This document shows, in pieces, positions 46,922-60,505 of a stretch of DNA of 64,000 nucleotides. Positions within the stretch are counted from its first letter, which is position 1. Each line of letters begins with the position of its first letter. The notes under the pieces were generated by a model that was not told the origin of the DNA, did no database searches, and worked only from the letters and a program-made list of their open reading frames with translations. Source of the stretch: Centroscyllium fabricii (Eukaryota); the NCBI GenBank assembly GCA_051313645.2, contig JBNRSN020000002.1, positions 516,832,001-516,896,000 of the forward strand, given 5' to 3'. Both the position numbers and the translations under genes were made by a program.

Positions 46922-48809
46922 ATTTGAGGACATGACATAACATACAAGGTGGTGTATGTTCTCAAAGAACTCTAGCAAATTTGTCAAACATGACTTCCCC
47001 TTTGTAAAACCATGCTGACTTTGTCCTATTAAATGATGTTTATCCAAATGTCCTGTTACTGTTTCCTTAATAATGGATTCTAACATTTTGCCAACCACAG
47101 ATGTTAGGCTAACTGGTCTATAATTTCCAGCCTTCTGTCTACTACCCTTTTTAAATAAAGGCGTTACATTAGCAGTTTTCCAATCTGCCGGGACCTTTGC
47201 CGAGTCGAGAGAGTTAAAATTTTTTATTACCAATGCATTCACACTCCCTACCGCCACTTCCCTCAAGACCCTAGGATGTAAGCCATCAGGTCCAGGGGAT
47301 TTATCCGTCTTAAGTCCCATTATTTTACCGAGTACCACTTCTTTAGTGACTTTAATTGTAATTAGCTCCTCCCCCCCCCCCCCCCCCCCCCCCAGCCCCC
47401 TGCTTATCCAGTGTTGGGATATTTTGAGTGTCTTCTACTGTAAAGACTGATACAAAATATTTGTTCAGCGTTTTTGCCATCTCCATGTTCCCTACCATTA
47501 ATTTCCCGGTCTCCTCTAAGGGACCAACATTTATTTTAGCCACGCTTTTTCTTTTTATGTAACTATAGAAACTCTTGCTATCTGTTTTTATATTTTTTGC
47601 TAATTTACTTTCATAATCTATCTTCCCTTTCTTAATCAATCTTTTTGTTGTTTTTTGCTGTCTTTTGAAAGCTTCCCGATCTTCTATCTTCCCACTAGAT
47701 TTGGCTATGTTATATAACCTTGTTTTTAGTCGGATACTCCTCTATTACTTTATTTAGCCACGGATGGCTGTTTTTTTCTTTTACAAGCTTTTTTCCCCAG
47801 TGGAATATATTTTTCTTGAAAGTTGTAAAATAACTCCTTGAATACACGCCACTGATCATGTACCGTATTACCTTTTAATCTGTTTTCCCAGTCCACCTTA
47901 ATCAATTCCGCTCTCATACCATCATAGTCTCCTTTATTTAAGCTCAGTACGCTTGTTTGAGATCCAACCCTCTCTCCCTCTAATTGTATTTGCAATTCGA
48001 CCATGTTCTAGTCACTCATTCCAAGGGGAGCCTTTACTAGGACATTTTTAATTAATCCTGTCTCATTACACAGGACCAGATCTAAGGTTGCTTGCCCCCT
48101 GGTCGGCTCAGTTACGTACTGTTCAAGGAACCCATCCCTAATACACTCAATGAACTCTTCCTCAAGGCTGCCCTGTCCAACTTGATTAGTCCAGTCAATA
48201 TGAAAGTTAAAATCCCCCATAATTATAGCTGTTCCCTTATTACAAGCCCCAACTATTTCCTGATTTATACTGCGACCAACTGAGTTACAACTGTTTGGAG
48301 GCCTATAGACTACGCCCACTAGTGGTTTTTTCCCTTTATTATTTCTTATTTCCACCCAAACTGTTTCACTATCCTGATCCTTTGAGCCAATATCATTTCG
48401 CTGTATTGTCGTGATTCCTTGCCTTATTAACATAGCTACCTCACCTCCCTTTCCTTCCTGCCTGTCCCTCCTAATTGTTAAATACCCTTGTATGTTTAAT
48501 TCCCAGTCCTGGTCACCTTGCAGCCATGTTTCTGTAATTGCCACAAGATCATACCCATATGTAATTATTTTTGCCTTAAACTCGTCTATTTTGTTACGAA
48601 TACTATGTGCATTCAAATAAAGGACTTTCAAATATGTTTGACACTTAATTCCTGCTTTTTCCCTTTTTACAACTTTGCCTTTATCTGCATACATTCTTTC
48701 CCTTCCTGACACACTCTGTCTTTTAATTCCTCCATTGTTACCTATGTCCATTACCTTCTCAATTGTCATTTTATTTATTTGCTCTCTAGAAACCTCACCC
48801 CCACTAGTT

Positions 48810-49764
48810 AGTTTAAAGCCCTCTCTACAGCTCTAGTTATATGATTCGCCAGGACACTGGTCCCAGCCCGGTTCAGGTGAAGCCGGTCCCACCGGAACAA
48901 TTCTCTCCTGTCCCAGTACTGGTGTCAGTGTCCCAAGAAGCAAAACCCACTTCTCCCGCACCAGTCTTTGAGCCGAGCATTTAACTCCCTAATTTTATTT
49001 ACCCTAGCCAAATTCACTCATGGCTCAGGAAATAATCCAGAGATTATTACCCTTGAGGTTCTGTTTTTTAGTTTGACCCCTAGCTGCTGATATTCCTGTA
49101 ACAGAACCTTCTTCCTTGTCTTATCTATGTCGTTGGTACCAACATGCACCAGGACAACTGAATTCTCCCCCTCCTACTGCACGTTTCTCTCCAGCCCAGA
49201 AGAGATGTCCTTAACCCTGGCACCGGGCAGGCAACACAGCCTTCGGGACCCCCGCTCTCTGTTGCAGAGAACCCTATCTAACCCCCTGATGATACTGTCC
49301 CCGAGCACTACAACATTTCTATTAACTCCCCCCTCTTGAGTGGCCCCCCGTTCCACGGTGCTGTGGCCAGGTTGCTCATCCTCCCCACAGTCCCCGCTCC
49401 CGCCCTCACAGGGAGTAAGAGCCTCAAACCTGTTGGACAAGAGCAAGGTCTGCGGCTCCTCCAACACTACCTCCTGGATTCCCGTACCTGCCTCACTCAT
49501 AGTCACACCATCCTGTCCCTGACCACGATCTACATTTAAATTAATTAATCTATTTGGTGTGGCTATGACCTGTAACACACAGTCCAGGTAATTCTCCCCC
49601 TCCCTGATGTGTCGCAGTGTCTGAAGCTCGGACTGCAGCTCATCAACACGAATCCGGAGTTCCTCGAGCAACAAACACTTGCCGCAAATGTAGTCACCGC
49701 GAGCATCAATGGTGTCCACGAGCTCCCACATCTCGCAGCAGTAACACATCACCTGCTCACCCAT
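48810..49764 (-). pseudogene. CR1 ORF1: zinc finger/leucine zipper plus SGNH esterase, with internal stop
   Basis: CYCCEMW..YICGKC, coiled coil, LSNRFEAL, VVVLGDSIIRG, CLPGARVKD. Confidence 0.88.
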
Positions 49765-50134
49765 TCTATATCATTAATTAAAGTTATTATTATTAGTTAC
49801 GCAAAAACCCTTTGCCCCGATTTAGCTGAATATCACGCTATTTAATAGCACTTTCCACTTATAAGGTATAAAGTGTAAAAGGGAAGCAAGAGTACTTACC
49901 AACCAGCTGATTACCAACCTCCTTCGGATTGCCCCGCTGCTCCTCCTTGGTAGTGTTGGCTAAACCTAAGATTGGGGACAGAAACAAAACAGAGGAGCAC
50001 CCCCTCACCTCCCACTTGCCCGAACTCTCCCACTTACCAAACTCTCGCTAGCACTCTATGCCTGCCGCACTCCGTGCACGCCGCACTAAGTCCCGCCTCT
50101 TTTTTAAAGCTGGATTCAACTTCCGGTTTTCTTC

Positions 50135-50765
50135 AATTTCAATTCAATTCAATTTTATTGTCATTGCAGTGTGCCAGTACAATACAACGAAACGTAGACT
50201 CGCCGCTCCTGAGAGTAGTGCAAATAAGTTACATGGGTTGCATACAATAAAGTACATTTCAGGTGTGCAGATAATGGAATTTTTTGTTAGAGTTCAGGAG
50301 ACTGACAGCCCTGGGGAAGAAGCTGTTCTTGAATCTGGTCGTGCGGGTGCGACTTGATCTGTTGCGTCTCCCGGAGGGCAGGGGGGCGAACAGACTATGG
50401 CTGGGGTGTGTGGGGTCTTTAATAATGTTCAGAGACCTCCGTAGGCAGCGTTTGAGGTAGGTGCATTCAATGAATGGTAGCTGGGTGCCGGTGATTCGTT
50501 GGGCAGTTTTGACTACCCGCTGCAGGGCCTTCCAGTCCGAGATGGTGCAGTTTCCATACCAGACTGTGATGCAGCTTGTCAGTATGCTTTCAATTGTGCA
50601 GCGGTAGAAGTTGGTGAGGATGCCGGATGTCAGCTTGGCCTTTTTCAGCTTCCTTAGGAAGAACAGGCGCTGTTGGGCCTTCTTTATCAGAGAGGAGGTG
50701 GGTCTTCCGAGATGTGGACCCCGAGGAACTTGAAGCTGGACACCCTTTCCACCTCAGCCCCTTTG
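50135..50765 (-). mobile_element. Rex1/Babar LINE 3' fragment
   Basis: Close match to 11990-12420, (TTGAA)n tail. Confidence 0.85.
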
Positions 50766-51009
50766 ACTACTTTCAAATTAATAAATTTAATTTATTTTTA
50801 ACTTATCTCTCTTAAATAAATAAATAAAATAAAATATACTTCTCCAACCTTTTACAGATTCACCACTTTCTGAACTCATTCCCAGCTCACAGCACTTTTC
50901 ACATAAGTCCCCTATTCTAATCTTAGTGGTGAACCTTCCTCCATTGCTCAGGTTACAAACCTTAGACTTAAGTCCTCTTGTAGTACAATGGCTGAATTAC
51001 TGTATACTC

Positions 51010-51409
51010 ATAGAAACACAGAAGATAGGAGCAGGAGTTGGCCATTCGGCCCTTCGAGCCTGCTCCGCCATTCAATGAGATCATGGCTGATCATCCAAAC
51101 CCAGCACCCTGTCACTGCCTTGTCCCCATATCCCTCGATCCCTATCGAGCCTGCACCGACACATATCCCACCCTATCCCTGTAACCCCACATATTCAATC
51201 CCCCTAACACTAAGGGTCAATTTATCACAGCCCATCAACCTAACCCGCACATCTTTGGACTGTGGGAGGAAACCGGAGCACCCGGAGGAAACCCACGCAG
51301 ACACGGGGAGAATGTGCAAACTCCACACAGATAGTACCCGAGGCCGGATTTGAACCCGGGTCTCTAGTGCTGTAAGGCAACAGTGCTAACCACTATGCCA
51401 CCATGCCGC
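51010..51409 (-). mobile_element. HE1-type V-SINE
   Basis: Complete head, V-domain and tail. Confidence 0.92.
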
Positions 51410-51827
51410 ATGCTCTTCATTGGTGTAATAGAAATCTTGTTTCACTCAATTCTTAAAAGAAAAGGTCCTTCATCCCTCGGGTTACCACCTCTTTAGCCTT
51501 TGGCTCCTTAGTCCTCCCTCATTTGCTGTCAGTCATAGCATTGATATCTCCTGACTTCAAATGGAACTCGCCTGTCTATTGTTAGTCACCATATGGAAGC
51601 TTTTTTCTTTCATGACAAACACTTCTTTCCTCTCGACTTTATAAAATGAGGTCACCCGCAAGCTTCAATACTGATTCCATATATCCAAGAATGTTCTTTG
51701 AAAGCCACTCACTCGAGCAACTTAAAAAAAAAAAGTATGTCAACTCACTTGGCTGCCAGCGCTACTTGGCTTTTTCTAATTCATTGCTACAACTATGGTA
51801 GGTACTCATAGAAACATAGAAGATAGG

Positions 51828-54265
51828 AGCAGGAGTAGGCCATTCGGCCCCTCGAGCCTGCTCCGCCATTCAATGAGATCATGGCTGATCTTTGGTTGAG
51901 ATCATGGCTGATCTTTCAAGTTCAGTACCCTGTCCCCGCCTTCTCTCCGTAACCCTTGATCCCTTTAGCCTGAAGAAATATATCCAATTCCCTCTTAAGT
52001 ATATTTAATGAACTGGCCTCCACTGCCCTCTGTGGCAAGGAATTCCACAGGCTCCCCACTTTCGGTGAAAAAATTCTTCCTCATATCTGTCCTAAATGGT
52101 TTACCCCTTATCCTTAGACTATGGCCCCTGGTTCTGGACTCCCCCGCCATTGGAAACATTCTTTCTGAATCTAACCTGTCCAGGCCCGTCAGAATTTTAT
52201 ATGTTTCGATGAGATCCCCTCTCAATCTTCTAAACTCCAGCGAGTACAAGCCCAAACTACACAATCTCTCCTCGTAGGTCATTTCTGCCATTCCAGGTAT
52301 CATCCTGGTGAATCGCCGCTGCACTCCTTCCATGGCAAGAACATCCTTCCTCAGATGAGGTGACCAAAACTGTACACAATACTCAAGGTGTGGTCTCACC
52401 AGTGCCTTGTACAGCTGTAGTAAGGTATCCTTATTCCTATACTCTAACCCTCTTGATATGAAGGCCAACATACCATTTGCCTTCTTTAACCGCCTGTTGC
52501 AGCTGCATGCTCGCCCTCCGTGACTGGTGCACAAGAACACCCAGGTCTCTCTGCACTTCCCCATCTCCCAATCTATTGCCATTTAAATAATAATCTGCCC
52601 TCCTGTTTTTGCCCCCAAAGTGGATAACCTCACATTTATCCACAGTATAGTGCATTTGCCATGTATCTGCCCATTCCCCCAACTTGTCCAAATCGCACTG
52701 GAGCTTCCTGACATCCTCTTCAGAGCCGACCCCCTCTCCTAGTTTAGTGTCGTCTGCAAATTTGGCGATGTTGCATCCAATTCCCTGGTCCAGATCATTA
52801 ATATATATTGTGAACAGCTGGGGTCCCAGGACAGATCCCTGCGGCACCCCACTAGTCACCGCCTGCCACTCAGAAAACGAGCTGTTTATTCCAACTCTCT
52901 GTTTTCTATCTGCCAGCCAGTTCTCTATCCACGTCAATACTTTGCCCCCAATCCCATGAGCCTTAATTTTGCATGCTAATCTTTTATGTGCGACCTTATC
53001 AAAGGCTTTCTGGAAGTCAAGGTACACCACATCTACTGGCTCTCCCCCATCTATTTTACCAGTTACTTCCTCAAAGAATTCCAATAGATTAGTCAAGCAC
53101 GATTTACCTTTTGTAAATCCATGTTGACTCTGTCCGATCCCGTCCCTATTTGTCAAGTACTCCGCTATTACATCCTTAATAATGGACTCTAGCATTTTGC
53201 CCACTACTGATGTAAGGCTTACTGGTCTGTAATTCCCTGCTTTTTCTCTACCCCCCTTTTTAAATAGTGGGGTAACATTAGCTACCCTGCAATCCATGGG
53301 TACTGTTCCTGAGTCTATCGAGTTCCTGAAAATGATCCTTAAAGCATCTACTATCTCCAGGGCCACCTCCTTAAGTAGCCTAGGATGTAGATTATCAGGC
53401 CCTGGGGATTTGTCGGCCTTCAATCCCTTCAACTTCCCCAACACCATATCCTTAGAAATACTGATTTCTGTCAGCTCCTCCCTTGCATTAGTCCCTATGT
53501 TTCCCAATATCCCAGGGAGGTTATTTGTGTCCTCCTTTGTGAAGACAGAACCAAAATATGAATTTAATTGGTCTGCCATTTCCTTATTCCCCATTATCGG
53601 GATCGAGGGATATGGAGAGAGGGCAGGGGCGGGATACTGGGTTTGGATGATCAGCCATGATGTCATTGGAATGGCGGAGCAGGCTCGAAGGGCCGAATGG
53701 CCTACTCCTGCTCCGAGTTTCTATGTTTCTATATATTCCCCTGAATCGGACTGCAAGGGACCGACTTGGGATTTTACCAATCTTTTCCTCCTGATATACC
53801 TATAAAAGCTTTTGCAGTCGGTTTTTATGTTTGCCGCAAGCTTACTTTCGTAATCTATTTTCCCCCTCCTGATTAATCCCTTTGCTGTTTCCTGAACTGC
53901 TCCCAATCTTACGGTCTGGTGCTTTTTTTGGCCAATTGATATGTCCTTTTTTTGGATTTTATGTTGTCCCTAATTTCCCTTGTTATCCACGGTTGAGTCA
54001 CCTTTTTAGGTTTATTTTTATGCTAAACCGGTATAAACAAGTTCTGTAATTCTTCAATTCTATCTTTGAATGCTTGCCATTGTCTATCCACCGTCAATCC
54101 CCCCAGAAACACCGCCCAATCAATCTTACTTAATTCCCTTCGCATACCATCATAATTCCCTTTATTTAAATTCAGGACCTTAGTCTCTGAGTCAATTTCT
54201 TCACTCTCCATCTCAAGTGAGAATTCGATCATATTATGATCGCTCTGACCCAAGGGGTCCTTTAA
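51828..54265 (-). mobile_element. CR1 LINE, 5'-truncated ORF2 with long open RT
   Basis: ORF 52437-53600 with [39 protein letters not shown]; C-terminus 51995-52582; SINE half inserted at 53598-53730. Confidence 0.94.
53598..53730 (+). mobile_element. 5'-truncated HE1-type SINE tail
   Basis: Matches SINE 3' end, opposite orientation to host CR1. Confidence 0.8.
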
Positions 54266-56050
54266 TGCTTCTGTTAATGCTTGAGATACACACCATTGCT
54301 CTCTCCACATTCCTATTGTAAAATCATGAGTCATCAGTGTCCCACTTTTCCTCTCCTGGGATCTCAAAACTTCTAGCGCTTTCCCTCCTCGATCTTTCCT
54401 TCCTTCCTCCTATAATCAGGTTTGTTGAAACCCAAGTTTGACATCACCTAATTACTGTTTCCTCATTTACCTCCTCTTTTATTCTTCAGTGCTGGTGCCC
54501 TGCTTTGTGACCTTTGCCCATTCACTGTCATTTTTAGAAAAGGCTAACAAATTCTGGAGAGCTGCAGTTGAAAAGCAGCTTGTATGGAAGTTATTTCCCC
54601 CCATTGTTCGTCGTTGTTGCTTTCCTTTTTTAATTAAAAGCAGCCCAGAGTGAAACTGTAGTGTGATGGACAGGAATGAACCGGGACCTTCTGCAAATTG
54701 CTCCAGACTCATTCGGAGACTGTTTACCGTTGTAACCTGCTTTGATACTTGTATCTTGATGTTGAAGTTTGCTTTGGTTTTATTAGCGGAGAGCTGCTGC
54801 AAGTTGCTGAATCACAAAAATATTACTGCAGCTTGTGGCTGACCTAGTTTTCTTTTCAACTAACTATGTTTTGTGGAAGGTTCATTTTGGCAAAAGTGCA
54901 TTGATAAAAATTGCACAGTCAGCGGATTTTGAATTATTTTGTTGGCCTAATCCTCCCTGTCTTACTGCGTTGCATTCCTGTGGTACATGCTGGTCAGTGA
55001 ACATCATACATAATGAAATGCTTGTTTAAGTAATTAGTTTCATCAGCATCTGATTATCAGTGAGGATTGCTTTCTCTTAAAACATAAAAGGAGCAGTGAA
55101 TAAGCCTTGATTCAGTCTCTGAGCACTGGTTCATGCTGTGTGGGATGTGCATGCCAATCTTGTGACTAATGGGTATGGTGTGAACCTAATCAAGAATCAC
55201 CTCCTTCCTCCTCCACTGGACCATTGGAGATTGGCAGCTTAGTCACAACCAATGACTTAAAAGGACACACAGCCAAATTTTCAAAGTAGCAATTTCATCC
55301 AATTCAGTGTCCTCAGGTTTAATTTTCCAGTATTAAGCAGAGTGTAGAACTGGTGAGCCATATTTGTTCACCAGTGCTAGGTTTTGTGTTCAATGCTTTT
55401 CAGGCAGTGTTGGACTAGATTTTTGGATATGCTGAGCATTGGCAATGCTTCAGTTTATAGCTAAAGCTCTCTCAACCCAGCCCACTTCCCATGTGTTAGA
55501 CTTGCAGGATCTGCTTTCTTCAATCTGCACTTCTGCAATGATTGTGGCATCAGGTTGAACTTTAATTCTGCCTTTTTGCCATCTCATTTTGTTTGCCCAT
55601 GTCTTGTGTTTTTGACCTTTCAGACTCTTCCCCTTCAAATTTCCCTTTAACAATTTCTACTTCAGCCTGGATCCAAACTAAGTGCATTTATTTAGATTTG
55701 TCCTAATGGCCCTGCTATTTGCTTTGGATACTTTGAATTATCGACCTTCAATCTCCTGTGCCTAAAAATAACCTCCCTCTATTCAGTAAATTTATCTGCT
55801 GTCTCCATCTCTTGCCCAACTTAAATAAATCTTCAGAATTTTACAACTTTTTGTCAAGCAAAATTCACTGCTTCAATAACATTTTGTTGCAGAGAATTCT
55901 ACATTCTAACTCCCTCTATCTATCTAACTTATTTTTAAAACGTTCATATACTTTTGACGACCTCTACCTGGTTATCCCATAGCATTCGAGGCTTTAGTAG
56001 AAAATAAACCCCCTACGGAACGAGCTCTAAGTAATAACTAACCCTTCATG

Positions 56051-56500
56051 TAACAACAGAAAATGCTGGAGAAACTCAGCAGGCCAGGCAGCATCGGTGA
56101 AAAGAGAAACAGAGTTAACGTTTCCGGTCGATGACCTTTCGTCAGAACTGGAGAAAAGCAGGAAATGGAAAGCAAGTTAGGGGGCGGGGAAAAGGGGGCG
56201 GGGATGAAAGAACAAAAGGGAAGGTCAGTGATTGGATAGAAAGTCATCTCTCAGGATAGAAAGCAGAGAGATGACTTTCTATCCAATCACTGACCTTCCC
56301 TTTTGTTCTTTCATCCCCTCCCCCTTTTCCCAGCCCCCTAACTTTCTTTCCATTTCCTGCTTTTCTCCAGTTCTGAAGGTCACCGACCTGAAACGTTAAC
56401 TCTGTTTCTCTCCACCGATGCTGCCTGGCCTGCTGAGTTTCTCAAGCGTTTTCTGTTGTTAATTCGGATTTCCAGCATCCGCAGTATTTTGCTATCGAAT
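56051..56500. mobile_element. Penelope-derived foldback element (second family)
   Basis: Arms 56051-56252 / 56266-56461; same terminal sequence as the GIY-YIG fragment at 22913-23580; possible TSD TAACCC(T/C)TCA (56039-56048, 56501-56510). Confidence 0.88.
56113..56149 (-). ncRNA. Minimal type I hammerhead ribozyme motif
   Basis: - strand AGUU-CUGACGA-AA-GGUC-AUC-GACC-G-GAAA-CG-UU-AACU; stem I AGUU/AACU. Confidence 0.75.
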
Positions 56501-56899
56501 TAACCCCTCAACCCTGGTAACGCCCTCACGATTCTGTGCTTAGTCCTTTCCATTTCTTTTATATCCGGTAATGGCATGCCCAAAAATGTACACAGTCCAT
56601 TGGTAACCTGGCTAAGGTTCTGTACAAGTCATTTATGGTGGCAGCACAAGTAGGTAAGGCCATAAAAAGGCAAACACAATCCTTTGTATCTGGAGGCACA
56701 GTATAAAAGCAAGGAGATAATGGTGACTTTATACAAGATCTGTTCATCTCATGGCTGTTTGTGCAACCTTGCAGGCACTGATAGGCTTCCACATGTGCCT
56801 ACAAAAGCCACTACACTTCACAAAGTAATTAATTGTGTAAAGCGCTTTGAAAGGTTTTGTCATCAGAGTGGCTGTATAAATGCAACTTTAATTGCATAA

Positions 56900-58720
56900 G
56901 CAAGCTTCCGAGGAGGAGCGGACCCAACCGGGAACCGGAGCAGAGAAAGAAAAAATCCAGGAGTGACATCACAGACAGCTGGCAACTGGTTGGTAAAGCT
57001 CATCGGTTTTTTTGCCCTTTGCGTTAGGAGCCAGGGTTAAATAGCTGGTTAGGGAATGAAGCAGGAGCTTGGCGATTAGTAACTGTCAATACTAAATTAA
57101 ATTCGTAACTTAATATATTATATCAATAACTTGAATTAGGTACATCTTAGTCTTAAGTTTCTGTAAAGTTGGTTAATAGTCGAATAAATAAAGACATGGT
57201 GGGGCAGCTCAGTCCCGCGGAATGCGCATGCTGTGCCATGTGGAAAATGTAGGACGCTTCCCGTGTCCTGGACAACCACGTGTGCAAGAAATGTCGTCAG
57301 CTGGAGGAGCTCAAGCTCCGGGTTTCGGAGCTTGACCAGCAGCTGGTGTCACAGCGGTGCATCGGTGAGGCTGAGAGCTACTTGGATAGCATGTTTCAGG
57401 AAGTGGTCACCCCGCAGCTGAGGAGTACGCAGGCAGAGAGGGAATGGGTGACCACCAGACAGACGAGGAGGACCAGGCAGCTAGTGCAGGAGTCCCCTGA
57501 GTGCATCTCGCTCTCCAACCAGTGTTCTGTTCTGTTCTTAGTACTGGTGACGCCGATTGTTCCTCTGGAGAGGACAGCCAGAGCCAAGCCCATGGCACCA
57601 CGGCTAGCTCAGCTGTACAGTGGGGGGAGGGGGTGGAGAGGAAGGAGGGGTGGGGGGGGGGCGAGGAAGATCGGGAAAGCAATAATGGTAGGGGATTCGA
57701 TAGGAGAGCAGGCGGGCATTTCTGAGGCTGCAGATGTGACTTCAGGATGTTATGTTTCCTTCCTGGTGCCAGGGTTAAGAATGTTACCGAGCAGCTGCAG
57801 AACATTCTGAGGCGGGGCGGGGGGAGGGTGAACAGTCAGAGATTGTGGTCCATATCCGTACCAACGACATAGGTAGAAAGAGGAAATGAGGTCCTGCAGG
57901 CAGATTTTAGGGAGCTAGGAAAGAGATTAAAAAGACAGTAATCTCTAGATTACTCCCGGTGCCACTCGCGAGTGAGTATACAAATAGGAGGATAGAGCAG
58001 ATGAATGCGTGGCTGGAGAGATGGTACAGGAGGGAGGGCTTCAGATTCCTGGGGCATTGGGGCCAGTTCTGGGGGACGTGGGACCTGTACGGGTTGGACC
58101 TCAACAGAGCTGGTACCAATATCCTCGTGGGAGGTTTGCTAGTGCTGTTGGGGAGGGTTTAAACTAAGGTGACAGAGGGATGGGCACCAGGATGTAGCAT
58201 TAGAAAAGAGAAACAAAGCTTACAAAGGATTGGGAGAGACCGATAGCACTAAAGTAAGAAATAGTAATATATTAGGTGGGAAGAGCGAACACAGGATGGT
58301 CTAAGATAGGTTTACAGTGTATGTATGTGAATGCACAAAGCATAGTAAACAAGGTTGGTGAGTTGCAGGCACAAATAGCCACATGGGAATATGATCTCAT
58401 GGCAATAATGGGGACCTGGCTCAAAAAAGGGCAGGATTGGGTGTTAAATATTCTGGGATGTAAGGTGTTCAGGAAAGATGGGAGGTGGTGTGGCAGTATT
58501 GGTTAAGAAGAATGTTACAGTACTGGAGAGAGAGGATGTCCTGGAGGGGACAAGGACAGAATCTATATAGTTCGAGTTAAGAAATAATAAAGGTGCCATT
58601 ACACTTCTAAGTAACCAAGAGAGATGCAAGAACTATAGAGTAGTGATAATGGGCGACTTCAATTGTCCTAATATAGACTGGGATAGTAACATAAAGGGCA
58701 GAGAGGGGGGAAGAATTTCT
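56900..58720 (+). mobile_element. CR1 LINE 5' half (5' UTR, ORF1 esterase remnant, APE remnant)
   Basis: HVCKKCRQLEELKLRV, IMVGDS, FLPGARV, NAWLERW..EGFRFL, YVNAQSIVNK, MGDFN. Confidence 0.88.
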
Positions 58721-58724
58721 GAAG

Positions 58725-59900
58725 GATGGAGTATAAAAGCAGGGAGGTCTTGCTGCAGTTGTACAGGGTATTGGTGAGACCACACCTGGAGTACTGCGTG
58801 CAGTTCTGGTATCCATAATTAAGAAAGGACATACTTGCTCTCGAGGCAGTGCAAAGAAGGTTCACTAGGTTAATTCCGGGGATGAGGGGGCTGACATAGG
58901 ACGAGAGGTTGAGTAGAGGGCGGCACAGTGGCATAGTGGTTAGCACTGTTGCCTTACAGCACTGGAGACCCGGGTTCAAATCCAACCTCGGGTGCTATCT
59001 GTATGGAGTTTGCACATTCTCCCCGTGTCTGCGTGGGTTTCCTCCGGGTGCTCCGGTTTCCTCCCACAGTCCAAAGATGTGCAGGTTAGGTTGATTGGCC
59101 AGGATAAATTGACCCTTCGTGTTAGGGGGATTAAATATGTGAGGTTACGGAGATAGGGTGGGATATGTGTCGGTGCAGGTTAGATAGGGATCGAAGGATG
59201 CAGGGACGGTGTACTGGGTTTGGATGATCAGCCATGATCTAATTGAATGGCGGAGCAGGCTCGAAGGGCCGAATAGCCTACTCCTGCTCCTATCTTCTAT
59301 GTTTCTATAGATTGGGTCTCTACTCATTGGAGTTCAGAAGAATGAGAGGCGATCTTATTGAAACATATAAGATTGTGAGAGGGCTTGATCGGGTGGATGC
59401 GGTGAGGATGTTCCCAATGGTGGGTGAAACTAGGGCTAGGGGGCATAATCTTAAAATAGGGGGCTGCCATTTCAAAACTGAGATGAGAAACTTCTTCACC
59501 CAGAGGGTGGTGGGGCTGTGGAATTTGCTGCCCCAGAGAGCTGTGGAAGCTACTACACTGAATACATTTAAAACCGAGATAGACAGTTTCCTGGAAGTAA
59601 AGGGAATTAGGGGTTATGGTGAGAGGGCAGATAAGTGGACGTGAGGCGAGGTTCAGATTGGCCATGTGATCTCCTGGACCAGTTTTTGATCGCCTAGATG
59701 GGTCGGAGAGGAATTTCCCAGATTTTTTCTCCCAAATTGGCCCCTGGTTTTTCGCCTCTCCCAGGTGATCACATGAGTTTGGGCGGGATGGAGAGTAAAA
59801 ATAAAATTGAGGTTCGGATCAGATCAGCCATGATCTTATTGAATGGCGGAGCAGGCTCGAGGGGCCGATTGGCCTACTCCTGCTCCTATTTCTTATGTTC
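58725..59900 (+). mobile_element. CR1 LINE 3' fragment, same subfamily as 45113-46000, with nested SINE
   Basis: Near identity to the reverse complement of 45113-45915 including the 3' UTR insert. Confidence 0.9.
58918..59306 (+). mobile_element. HE1-type V-SINE
   Basis: Head GGGCGGCACAGTGGCATAGTGG, B box, V-domain, tail; TAGA on both flanks. Confidence 0.92.
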
Positions 59901-60090
59901 TGGAGAACTTACTTGATCAGTATGTTTCTGGCCCAATGAGGAAGGAGGCATTGCTGGATCTGGTTCTGGTGAATGAGGTTGGTCAAGTGGAGCAAGTGGC
60001 TGTAGGTGAACATTTAGGGAACAGTGATCATCATATCATAACATTTAGTTTAGCTATGGAAAAGGACAGGGAGCAATCTGGAGTAAAAAT

Positions 60091-60505
60091 CTTCTCTTAG
60101 GCCGTCCCTCGGAACCGAGGATGACTTGCTTCCACACTAAAAATGAGTTCTCAGGTGACTGAGTCCAATGCGGGACCTACTGTCTCTGTCACAGGTGAGG
60201 CAGACTGTGGTTGAAGGGGCGGGTGGGTGGGGTGTTTGGGTTGTCGTGCGCTCCTTCCGCTGTTTGCGCTTGGCTTCCGCTTGCTCCCGGTGAAGAGACT
60301 CTAGGTGTTCAGCGCCTTCCTGGATGCTTTTCCTCCACCTTGTGTGGTCCTGGACTAGGGATTCCCAGATGTCGGGGATATTGCACTTTTCCCAAGGAGG
60401 CTTTGAGGGTATCCTTGAAGCGTTTCCTCTGCCCACCTGGGGCTCTCTTGACGTGTCTGAGCTCCGAGTAGAGCACTAAACAAGTGCTCTACTCTCAGCT
60501 ACTCA
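60091..60505 (-). mobile_element. RTE-clade LINE 3' fragment
   Basis: WESLVQDHTRWR..CLTCDRDSRSRIGLSHLRTHF; GAGTAAAAAT TSD (60081-60090, 60506-60515). Confidence 0.88.

Larger units (their letters stand above)
45113..50135 (-). mobile_element. Near-full-length CR1 LINE (ORF1 plus ORF2, disrupted)
   Basis: ORF1 and APE (YLNAHSIRNK, AITETW, YRPPNS, MGDFN, LDLVL), RT fragments, 3' UTR and tail; SINE inserted at 46530-46921. Confidence 0.94.

Noticed and set aside
48810-49764. Esterase domain in LINE ORF1 as a novelty
   Set aside because: SGNH esterase ORF1s are an established feature of CR1-group LINEs.
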